The notes beneath the pieces were generated by a model. The model saw nothing but the letters and a program-made list of their open reading frames with translations, was not told the origin of the DNA and ran no database searches. DNA of 63,988 bases, counting the filler, from Reclinomonas americana ATCC 50394 (Eukaryota), in assembly GCA_048213135.1 (NCBI GenBank). It is 5 parts of 5 records of this genome, joined end to end, with 100 filler letters (N's around TTAATTAATTAA, not from the genome) between each part and the next. Parts side by side here need not be neighbours in the genome. Positions count along the whole stretch, not along the records: positions 1 to 22,163 come from PS015535.1; positions 22,264 to 28,721 come from PS015536.1; 3 more parts are not named here. One strand, written 5' to 3'. Shown here piece after piece: positions 11,708-22,304 of the stretch. Position 1 is the stretch's first letter. Every line of letters begins with the position of its first letter. Position numbers and translations under genes: made by a program.

Positions 11708-13595
11708 TCAGTAAGAAGTCTTGCTGGTGGCGGTGGCCATGGTGATGGTGTGAGCAGCCGGCGCGCGGTAAGCAGGCTGCGGTGGTGCTGGACTCCACTG
11801 CTGCGGCGGGGGACCACCGCCACCGGGAACGGAGGGAGGCAAAACGCCTCGCCGCAGAGCCTTTTCTCGTTCAAGTGCCGGGAGAATGCTCTGCAAGCGA
11901 CCAATGAGAAGACAACTCGAGGGACGAATGAAAGGGGTGAGTGTGAAACACACGTAATGTGCATGCTGCAGCGACGCCTGCAACTCGGCGATCAAGCGGC
12001 GCGTGGCACTTGTGTCCAGGCCGACTGCCTCCTGAGCGCGCAGATTCTCCTCCTGGTAGGCCATCTTGTAGGTGCCGCGAAGCAGTTGGTTGGTCAGGTA
12101 CCTGCACGTGCATGTGAGTGCGTGACAAGCGAGATGGCGAGTGCAGGTGGGAAGACGACTCAACGCCCACGGAATGGTGACCGAGTGTTGTTGGATGTCG
12201 GCTGAGAGGGGGGAATGGTGTGAGCTTGTGTGGAGAACGAGGAGAAGGCGAGAAGTCGAAAAACGAACCGATGCCAGGAAGAATTCGTCGCCACGCTTCC
12301 TGCGGTGCACAGATGAGCATCATCACAACAACAGACAATACCACTGGCACATGATCACCTTGAACACCTGACAGAGAACGATGAGCAACAGCGGAGTGCC
12401 TATACAAGCCACTGAATGATGACAGACCTCACTGCCCATTGGCGGCGCCGTGGCTTGCAGCTCGATTGTGAGACAGCGACCGGTCTAAACGAACAGAGAG
12501 TTGAGTATTACGCTGGTCCACTCAAGCAGCATGCTTTGCCTCGACGCAACACGGACGATAAAGTCGGGGTTGGGCGGACCCATCTCTCGAATCTGCCGCT
12601 GCAGATGTGCGCACACCTCCGCCGGGTCGTCTGTGCGTCGTGTGTGCCCAGTTAATGCCACACACGCACCACGCAAGACACATCCACCACCGCATACACA
12701 CGTACCAGAGACCCATCCATGGAATCTCGTGCGGTCCTCCTCGCTCAACGCGGCCAGCACCGCTTCACCCGGATCAGTCGGTGGTGCATGTGCCACCTCG
12801 TGAATGACATGTACATGGGTGCATGTTGCCGGCGTGACGTCTGCACGCCATTGTCAACAGAATAGGAAAGGGGCATCGTGAAAGAGGCAAAAGGAGCGAA
12901 CCGTGGTGTTCGCGGTGGTTACGGCGACCGACGAGGCGATTGACGCTGGTCACGACGCCTGCACCCGATCGCATAGAAAGCACTTGAGCCGCGACAGATG
13001 AGATGGAGGGGAGAGAGAGGCAAGACGGCGCAACGTTGCATGCTGTCCACGCCAAAGGCCTGCATCGACCTGGCCAGTACGTGCGTCTGACCATCGCTGT
13101 GCAAACAAGGGAGGGGTGAGTGATGAGAGAGAGAAGAGAGCGAGGAAAGAGGAGGAGGCGAACCTTTTGGTAAAGTGAATGCCCATCGTCCGGCCGCGTT
13201 TGCGGGAGTACGCGCAGTGGAAGTTGGCTCCATTGACATCTACGCGTGCGTGTGATTAATGCATGATGATGAATTCATCTCACTCTCTCTCGCACAGACA
13301 CGCAACTCTCAATGTCTGACTCGCCCGAGCCGCAGCAACTGCAGCAGCACACGGGGTCCTTCTTCACGTGACAGTGGCCAGTGCGATCGAGGTCGTACGT
13401 GTCAGTGGTGCTGCGCAGCATGAGAGAGAGACACAGGGAGCGAGAGAGAGAGAGAGAGAAAACCACAGAGACTCACCAGCAAAAGTATCCGAGTCCGCAC
13501 GAGAAGAGAATGGAGAAGCAGTGCTCGTAGCAGCCGATGCCCACTTGGAAACGCACATGCTGGTCGTCCTCTTCCAGAATGTCATAGTTGACCAT
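11708..13595 (-). CDS. Cys-rich hypothetical protein, copy A of a head-to-head duplicated pair
   Basis: Many short exons: MVNYDILEEDDQHVRFQVGIGCYEHCFSILFSCGLGYFCCTTDTYDLDRTGHCHVKKDPVCCCSCCGSG..REMGPPNPDFIVR..TNQLLRGTYKMAYQEENLRAQEAVGLDTSATRRLIAELQ.., then a Pro-rich tail. Confidence 0.75.
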
Positions 13596-13734
13596 GGGAG
13601 AGCGAGTTAAAAGTGTGACTGAGTACGGCGAATATTCCGGGGATAAACCGGCTAACTGACCGGTGCCCGTGCTTCGCGTGACTTGTGGTCCCTGTACCTC
13701 TGCTCTATTTCTGCAGGCCTGGTGGAAGGGAAGC

Positions 13735-13950
13735 GAGCGATGCAACTCGAATTCGAATTGCAGCTGTCGATCTATGGCTGCGCTGCGCTATAGCTATCGC
13801 GAATTCGAAACTCGAGCTCGATCGCGCAGAATTCGAGACGTCGACAAGCAACAGCTGCCGTGGTAACAAAGTCGAGCTGTGATCAGCATAGACATCAGTG
13901 GAGTTTCTTTCGAGTCGCTCTCAGAGCGCGAATTCGAATGAAATTCAAAG
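13735..13950. promoter_or_regulatory. Palindrome-dense segment in the divergent intergenic region between the duplicated genes (putative bidirectional promoter)
   Basis: CGAATTCG x3 plus CTCGAG, GAGCTC, CGATCG, GACGTC, GTCGAC and CAGCTG within about 200 bp between two outward-facing genes. Confidence 0.35.
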
Positions 13951-14469
13951 ACCTGCGCGTATGCACGCAGAAAGCCCCTATCCCATCAAGCCAGGCGATT
14001 GGTTCGCTATTTGAACTGGGCTATACGCCATCGAGACAGCTGCTGCAGCTGTCGGCACATCAATGGCGATAAACCGTTCGAAAACCCGAGCTCAGTACGT
14101 ACATTGCAATTGCAGTTCCGGATCCAGTTTCCACCTTTCCGATCGTGCGAGTCGAGGTTTCTCTTGCAGAAACGTCAAGACTTTCTCCTTTGCGAATGTT
14201 TGGGCGATGCATCATGCTGGGCCGCGTCCGGATCGATGAGCGGACAATTCCCCGCGGATATCTGCACATACTNNNNNNNNNNNNNNNNNNNNNNNNNNNN
14301 NNNNNNNNNNNNNNNNNNNNNNNNNNNNNNNNNNNNNNNNNNNNNNNNNNNNNNNNNNNNNNNNNNNNNNNNNNNNNNNNNNNNNNNNNNNNNNNNNNNN
14401 NNNNNNNNNNTCTGTGTGTGTGTGTGTGTGTGTGTGTCTCTCTCTCTCCCACACTCACATGCTGCGCAG

Positions 14470-16425
14470 CACCACTGACACATACGACTTGGATCGCACT
14501 GGTCACTGTCATGTGAAGAAGGACCCGGTGTGCTGCTGCAGTTGCTGCGGCTCGGGCGAGTCAGACATTGAAGGTTGCGTGTCTGTGCGAGAGAGTTGAG
14601 AGAGGATTGAGAGAGAGAGAAAGAGAGATGTGTATGTGTGCGTGCATTGATGATGAGGGATTCGGTTGCTCATGCATGGATCGCAGATGTGAACGGCGCC
14701 GACTTCCACTTCTCGTTCACCCGCAAAGGCGGCCGCACAGCGGGCATTCACTTGACCAGCGGGTGCGCCCTCTCTTCCTCCCCCTCTTCACCTCTCGTCT
14801 TCTACGCACTCACTCGCTGATTGGCAGTGACGGCCAGACTCACCGATTGACGAGGTCGATGCAGAACTTTGGCGTGGCCGGCATGCAACGTTGCGCTTCC
14901 TCCCTCTCTGTTCTCTTTCCTCTTTGTTGGTGTGGCTCAACCGCTCCTTGGCGATCGCTGCAGGCGTCGTGAACAGCGTCAACCATCTTGTCGGCCACCG
15001 CGATCGCTTCGGTTTGTCCCCGTTTATGACACACATGCGCTCTCTCTCTCTCTCTCCTTTACCTTTCTTCTTCTGTTCTCACCCTTCATCTTTGCTATTG
15101 TGCAGGGATCACGACAACGACTCACGTTTCCGACATTTTGCGGCACGCCGATCGCGAGATGGCGCACAGGGACCCGGGCGAAGCAGCGCTGGCCATGTTG
15201 ACCGACGAGGACCGTACCAAGTTCCGCGCCTGGGTCACTGGTGAGTGTGGCAATGTGCGAATATCTGGATCAACGCTGGTGTGTGGCATTAATTTGATGG
15301 TGGCGCGCACAGACGATCCGATGGAGGTGTGCACGCAGCTGCAGCGACAGATTCGAGAGATGGGTCCGCCCAACCCCGACTTTATCGTCCGCGTTGCGTC
15401 GGCATGAGAGAGCCATTTGCATGCACTTCACAATGTTCTTATCCTGTGCGTGCAGGCGGATCGCTGCCTGACGATCGAGCTGCAAGCCACGGCGCCGCAA
15501 ATGGGCAACCAGGTTTGTCGTTCTGTGCGTATTATGTTGTTCTGTCTACTGGGTGTTGCTCATCCGCGTGCTGTGGCAGGTGTTCAAGGTGATCAATCAC
15601 GCCAGTTGACGGGTCATTGTCGTCGTGCTGAAGCTCACCCTCTCATTGTGCACCGCAGGAAACATGGCGACGAATCCTCCCAGGCATCGGTGAGTCGACA
15701 GAGATCTTGCTTTTTCTTCATGCATGCTCACTCTGTGACTCCCGAATCAGTTGACATTCAGGAGAACTCTGTCACCATTCCCTGGAAGTTGCGTCTTCCA
15801 ACCTCTCCTTCTCTCTTCCTCTTCTCTTTCATTCTTCTTTCTCTCATTGTTTTCTTCACCTCTCTCTCGGATCTTCCCTCTCAATCCTCTTTGCTGTCAC
15901 TGATTCACCACCAGCTGTACTCTGTGTTTGTTGTTTTACTCACTGACCACTCATTTAACTCACATGCACGCGTGCAGGAGCATGACCAACCAACTGCTCC
16001 GCGGCACCTACAAGATGGCCTACCAGGAGGAGAATTTGCGCGCCCAGGAGGCAGTCGGCCTCGACACGAGTGCCACGCGCCGCTTGATCGCCCAGTTGCA
16101 GGTGTCGCTGCAGTACTCGCACCAGGTGAGTTTGTCTTGGCCCACTTTTTCGCTGCCGTGAGCTCGTACGCCTCACTTTGTCGCGTGCCACTGGCAGCAC
16201 ATTCTTCCGGCACTCGAGCGAGAAAAGGCTCTGCGGCAAGGTGCACCACCGCCCTTTGTGCCGGTGCCTGCTGGCGTGCCACCACCACCGTACGCCACAG
16301 CACCCCCGCCTCCGCACTACGCGAGCGCGCCACCGCCACAGCAGCCAGTCTACGGCGCGCCGGAAGTCGATGTTACCACGTACTCCACCACGTACTCCAC
16401 CACCACGACCACCACCACCAAGTGA
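14470..16425 (+). CDS. Cys-rich hypothetical protein, copy B (first exon presumably in gap 14273-14410)
   Basis: Exon-by-exon similarity to copy A (TTDTYDLDRTGHCHVKKDPVCCCSCCGSGESDIE identical). The C-terminal tail contains PPPY. Confidence 0.75.
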
Positions 16426-16729
16426 GACGCGCACTTGTATGTGTGTGCACCTCAACCTTCTATTTTTCGTTTTATTGTGAGTTGCTTGCGTTTCTTTTTT
16501 GGCAATATTCGTCGTCCTATTGGTTCTCGTATAAAAGATCCCACTCGACTCGCACACCGCATTCCTTTGCGTCACGGCATTCGGTATGCAGAAGTGCTCC
16601 TCTCTCTCTCACGCCTGTCCTCCTCGCTTCCCAGCAACGCCTCACTGGCCTTTCACCACGCTCATCTTGTGCTCGCGAGGCGGGCGGACGTTGTTCGATT
16701 TCGATAGATTTCGAAACTTTGAGAGCACA

Positions 16730-16943
16730 ATGGGCAGTCCACGCACACCACGCGATGCAGTCACCACTGCCGACGGCACTGCTGGTGGTCCCAGTGGCAG
16801 CGGCAGTGCTCGCTATCGCCAGAAGCGCACATTGCGTATCGGCGTTGGCGCGCTCAGTCGCCCCATGGCTGCCGTCCTCCTCATTCTCACCCTCGCCATC
16901 TTTGCTGTGTGCGCGGCATCGCTGGCCTCGCAGCACTGGGTGT

Positions 16944-16997
<54 letters not shown>

Positions 16998-19591
16998 CTG
17001 CATGTGTGCAATCATCATCCTCATCTCTCTGCTGCAGCAAGAGGGATTGCCCTCACGAGTCGTTCACACACCTCGGTCTGGTCGACGGGTGCGTATGCGC
17101 AGAGGCCCATGTGTGAGGAGTGGCACAGCACTCATTCGCGCTTTGCTTCGCAGGTACATCTGCCTCCCGTTTGGCCCGTTGCGTTTTGCAGAGTCATTCT
17201 TGTGCTTCTCTCTCTCTCCGCTCACTCGCTGCTCCCACACAGTGACGGTGGCCCCAAGACCTTTGTGTGCTCCCCCTTCGACACCGCCATCGTCTCGTCG
17301 CTGAAGGCCAACAAAACGGTGAGTGCTACGCGGATTACTCGAATGACCTGCAAGATTCTCTCTCCTCGAGGAGCAGTTGTTGGAGCATTGGTGTCGTGAG
17401 TGGTGCGGCCGCGTGTCGATGCGCGCGCACTTCCTTCGCCCTGTCTAGTCGCTGCACGCGCTTGCCGGCGTGCGTTTTCTCTCGTTGTTTTTGTTTGTTG
17501 GCGAAGTGTTTTCAGATTTCGTGTCCGTTTCCTATGTTGGTGCGAGGTTGAGTGCATGTCGAAGTGGGCTGTGATGTGCTTCAGTAGCTGCAGTTGGGAT
17601 GCCAGCGAAGGGGGAGCTTGTGACTGTCAGTGGTGTTCGATATCGGGGATCTTAAGCTTTTCTCTGTTGTGTGTTCCTCCGAGTGCCTGTCACCGTCGAG
17701 ACTCCCTCACTACCAGTGCGTCGGTGCACTGTCGGCGTGTGTCAGTTTGATATTCTCTTCTCTTCCACTACTTGCTGCTGTTGATCACGAGCATGTACAT
17801 TCCGTGTTCACGACAACGAGGAAGCCGAAGGAGAGGGAGGGGAGAAGGTTCTACTCTGAATGAGAGAAGAAAGAACGGACCTCCCTTCTCCTTTATTGCG
17901 ATCCTCACCTTCTCCCTCTCTTTTATCAGACCAAGGGCCTCGGTGCCACTGGCGTCGCCCTCACCGGCCTCCTTGTGTTTGCCCTCGTTGCGTACCTGAT
18001 CAAGCCGTTGGCGCCCATCAAGTGGACTGTCGTGGTACGTGCCTTGTGCTTTCAGCGACCAGCAAACTTTCATTCGTTTGTGACACACATCCCTTTTGCA
18101 GACGATTGCCTTCCTCGCCTGGCTGGTGAGGCTGCTTGCCTTTGCCATGTTGGTCTCATCTCGTTTCACTCATTGTTCCTCAAAGTTCTGCATGACCACG
18201 GCTGCGTACTACACGGCCAACGCAGACCGATCGGCCTCGTGCGCCACAGTGGCCATGGTGAGTCCTCTTTCCCTTCTTTCCTTCTTCGTGAGCCAGCGCC
18301 GCCAAAACTCTTTCCGCTATAGGGCTTCGCCTACGACTGGGGCTACATTGTGTTCTGGACGTTTGGCTTTGCACTGCTCTTCATTGTCTTCTGCCTCTCC
18401 CTCTCGCTGGAGGGCGTGCCTCTCGACGATGCCAACACCGTCAAATCGCCCATCTCGCCAATGCCCAACGCGTTCACCGACATTGAGGCAAATGCACCCA
18501 GCGGCGAGTATGCCAATGCGCCGGCCGGTAGCTGGCTGTGGATGGCCGGCATGCTGCCGACGCTGCGCACCGACGAAGACCAGGAGCGTCGCAATGCCAT
18601 GTTCAAGAACTTCGACACCACCGGCAATCGAATGTTGTCGTTCAACAAGATTGACGTTACGTGCGAGTGCACAAGTTTGCTGCGCCCTTGCATCAGTGTC
18701 CCCTCATGCTCTCCTCCAACAGGTCGGCTTCATGTCCTACCTGCGTCTGAATCACGAGCAGCGGCGTCAGCTAAAGCCCGCCATGCAAAACTCATTCCAC
18801 GCCGCTCGCAAGTTCATCCACACACCGACTCCCGAAGGCGGCTTCCCCAATGGCAACGATCCGAACGACTTTGTGATGCGGGTGCGTGTCACTTGGCGTG
18901 TGTCTGATCCTCTGTTCCCTCCGCGTTTCTCACCACACTCCAACTGTGCAGAAAGCATTCCGTATTTTCCTCAGCTGTTTCCAGCTCAATCTCGAGCTTC
19001 TCCATGTTGCGTGGCGGTGTGCCAACATGAATGTAGGCGCTGCGTTTTCACCTTGCAACGCTGGCGACACAGGTGTGGGACGAGATCAATGGTGGTTACG
19101 AGGGCGCCACCGACCGCCGTCTCACGTTCGAGGCCTTCAACCGATTCTTCCCCAAGCTGGAAAAGTACGGCTACGTTTCCAACGGTGAGCTGGCATTGCC
19201 TTGTGAGGTGTCATTTCTTGTGTCACTCCCACTCATGCGCACTCGCTGGCAGATCCGGTGCAAGACTTCAGCGACATCAAGAAGGAGCGAGAGAGTTGAG
19301 TTTGCGTCACTGCAAGGAAATAGGACGCTTGTCTTCTTGCTCACATTCATACTACAACAGGCAGCGGCGTGGTCACCTTTGATGAAGTGCGTGCACTTGC
19401 CCACTGTGGTCTTGTTTCTGTGACCTCATTCGTTTGTCTTCCCTCATGCAGTTCGCCACCTGGGCCACCTCCAAGAATCGAGTGCGTCGCGCTTCCTTCA
19501 TCGCTCTCTCTCCCTCTCATCTCATCGCTCACCTAATCGCCCACAGGACCTCCACGATGTCGACTACGCCAACACGGAGCGCTACTTTTAG
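16730..19591 (+). CDS. Claudin/PMP22-like 4-TM protein fused to a calflagin (flagellar calcium-binding protein, EF-hand) domain
   Basis: TM1 ..IFAVCAASLASQHW, loop HLGLVDGYIC..VC, TM2-3, then YDWGYIVFW TM4. The same exon continues into LPTLRTDEDQERRNAMFKNFDTTGNRMLSFNKID. Later exons give NDFVMRKAFRIFL..ELLHVWDEI..FPKLEKYG..DPVQDFSDI..GVVTFDEFATWATSKN. Confidence 0.8.
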
Positions 19592-19666
19592 CCACAAACT
19601 TTCTCGTGCGCGTCACTATGCATATCCAATCAATACCCAAAACAATAAACAATATAAGTACAACAA

Positions 19667-21775
19667 CTACTCTTGCAACGACTGACGCGTCTCTCTTTGC
19701 CACTTGGCGCGCTGCGCATATCCCTGCCGTGGTGGTGGCGTAGTGGCCAGCATCGTCCGCGGCGATCGCGGTGATTGCGGTGGCGACAAGATGGCAGTGT
19801 CGGTGACATCGATCATGGATGCCGTGGCAGCCACCAGGTCGCGTGCACTCAGCGGCGGCACCAACGCCGACGCTCGTCGCGCAAACGAGGACGAGGCAGC
19901 TGACGACACGGTGTGTGCCGCGTATCGCGGTGACGCCGGACCACGATGCGCGTACTCCTGTGGAGGCGGTGGTGGTGGTGGTGTTGGCGACGGTGAGGGT
20001 GCGGCACTCGGCCGTGGCGACACGGCATCGCTGCTCTGGCGTCTTCGGTGCGCGCTGTTGGTGGGTGTCGGTGATTTGCTAGGCAGTGGCGACGGTGAGG
20101 GTGAGCGGATGCCGCCGGCACGCGACGACGATCGCGACGACATTGAGCTGCGCTCCTCAATGTCCGCCTGTTCCTGCATCCGCCGAAAGTCTGCCATGGT
20201 CTGCAGCGGCTGCTGCGGATCATTGAGTGCGCCTTCCGAGGCCGACGGGAGACGCAGATTCGGAACCACCACTCCAGAGACCACTCGCGGAGCTGACGAG
20301 GATGGAGTGGAGAGTGGTGGCCTGTCGCCCGACGGAGTCGACGAGCGGGGAGTCAGTGATGGAGGTGGCGGTGGCAAGAAGGAGGGTGGCGGAGTTGAGG
20401 CCCCGCGAGGCGAGTACAAGCGCTGTGCGAGGGGAAATGAATCAATGTGAAGAAGGAGAGAAAACAGAAATATTGCACGCCAACCTCTCGCACGGGTGAA
20501 TCGCGCATGTAGGACGCCGGTGAGTCGACTCCCTGTGCAAGCATGAGAGTAGTGAGTCCAGAGAGCATTGACGTGCGTCGAAGCAGCGCTGGAGGAGGGT
20601 AACCATTCGATTCCTATAGCCTGGATCGCCACCCTGCGACCGTCACGAACGTGAGCCAGCCAGCTTCACGAGTAAAGCACAGTCGTCGCACGCAACTACG
20701 TTCTCCTCCAGTCGACTGCGCAGCAGCAGGACCTCGGTTTGCGCCGCACTGGCCTCCACTAGCGCCATGGACAAGTCGCGCTGCAGGTTTTGCAAGTCGC
20801 GGGTGGTCGACTGCAATTGCTCCAACACTGAATCCAACTGCGTAAAAAAAAAAAAAGAGAAGCCGTCAATGAAGAGCTCGGCTGTGCTGCGCCATTCCCC
20901 CCTTTGCCGCACTGCACCTGCTTGGATCTGCATTGTACGAGTGGTGAGTTGAAGACAACTGTATCTGTTTTGAAGAACGCTCACCTTGCATCGGCCTGCC
21001 TCAACTGCGACTGGAGCGCATCGATGGTAGCGTTCTTTTGCGACAGGAGCATATCGCGTCTGTGGACGCACACCCGCTTATCAGATGGCGGAACCAGACA
21101 CGAGAGGCAACGACATACGCGCAACTGTTGTCTCTCCTCCGTCCACAGCTTCTGCCGACTCTGCAACGCCTCGTTGTCGGTCTCCAGCTGCAACAGCCGC
21201 TTTCGCAGCGCCTGGATTACCTGCGCCGCATCGCCTCCGTTGACCTCCATCTGCTCTTGGCCGCCCTTGATCGGCGACAACACAAACGACTGACTCCCAT
21301 TGCTGCTGCTCGTCATCATCGACATTGCCGGTGCCTTCAACACAGCGTCCACATCGATCCACGACGACACATCGTGACGGTCCGTGCTCAGTTCGTCGTC
21401 ATCATCATCGTCCTGATCCGTGTCGTCGTAGTCCACCAGTCGCTGCACCGGAGACAGGGCGACCGAGTTGCTGACGACCGTCAATGAGTGTGGCGGTGGC
21501 GGTAATGGCGGCGGCGGAGGCGGAAGTGACGGCACTCGCATGGCGTCACTGTTGCTCAGCGTCGTGTCGAGCAGCGGTGGTGGTGGTGGCGGGAGGGGGT
21601 GTGTCCGCAATGAGGGAGGTGGTGGCGATGGCGACGAGGAGACTGAGTGTATAATTGAGGATGAGCGGAAAGAAGACAAGGCCGGCGGATCGAGTGACGT
21701 GCCTGGCGGTGTGGTCAGTGTGCGGAAGCGCTCCATGAACTGCGCCTTGCGCAGCGAGAGGCTTGGCGAAGCCAT
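19667..21775 (-). CDS. Hypothetical Pro/Ser-rich protein with a central coiled coil
   Basis: Long in-frame exons MASPSLSLRKAQFMERFR.., coiled coil QALRKRLLQLETDNEALQSRQK..LEQLQSTTRDLQNLQRDL, and an S/P-rich last exon. Confidence 0.55.
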
Positions 21776-22163
21776 CCTCAATCAGAAAAAGGGGAGGAGG
21801 GCCCTCTCGACGCGTGCCTTTGTCCAAATGTTCGCAGAATGAGAGGACAAGTCGCACTCAGCCACCTTGCGGCTACGATTGGTGGGAAGCATCACATCAC
21901 GAGGGACCAGCAAGGTGCCGCCAGTGGAAACGAGGAAGATATTGATAAAGCAGATGACAGAACCGAGGCAGATCAGACTTCGAATCGATATCACACTTGA
22001 CAAGCCTGCACTTGAGGCGTGGTTCGGCGGGCTCCATCAACCAAATCCATCCTTTCCCACTGTACGCCGCTGCTGCTGCCTCGACGGTCAAGTCCAGCAG
22101 CGAGAGAGACAGAAGACAACTGGCACAAACAGTCGCTGCTGCAACACAGTCTCTTTCTCGCTG

Positions 22164-22263
22164 NNNNNNNNNNNNNNNNNNNNNNNNNNNNNNNNNNNNN
22201 NNNNNNNTTAATTAATTAANNNNNNNNNNNNNNNNNNNNNNNNNNNNNNNNNNNNNNNNNNNN
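22164..22263. other. Artificial scaffold-concatenation linker
   Basis: N44-TTAATTAATTAA-N44 (stops in all six frames). Confidence 0.95.
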
Positions 22264-22304
22264 TGTACCTTGCTTGCCCACTCACACCTCCCTCGCTGTT
22301 GCAG

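Noticed and set aside
11708..16425. Inverted repeats as terminal repeats of a transposon or virus
   Set aside because: Similarity is confined to exons of a spliced gene, and there is no transposase, integrase or target-site duplication.
15417..17399. 660-aa ORF and other long ORF-track entries (e.g. 39854-42214, 31982-33253)
   Set aside because: They read through introns, microsatellites, N runs or antisense strands of real genes in a stop-poor, GC-rich sequence.
22208..22219. TTAATTAATTAA as a biological palindrome or piggyBac target site
   Set aside because: It sits centred in identical N44 flanks four times, so it is an assembly linker.
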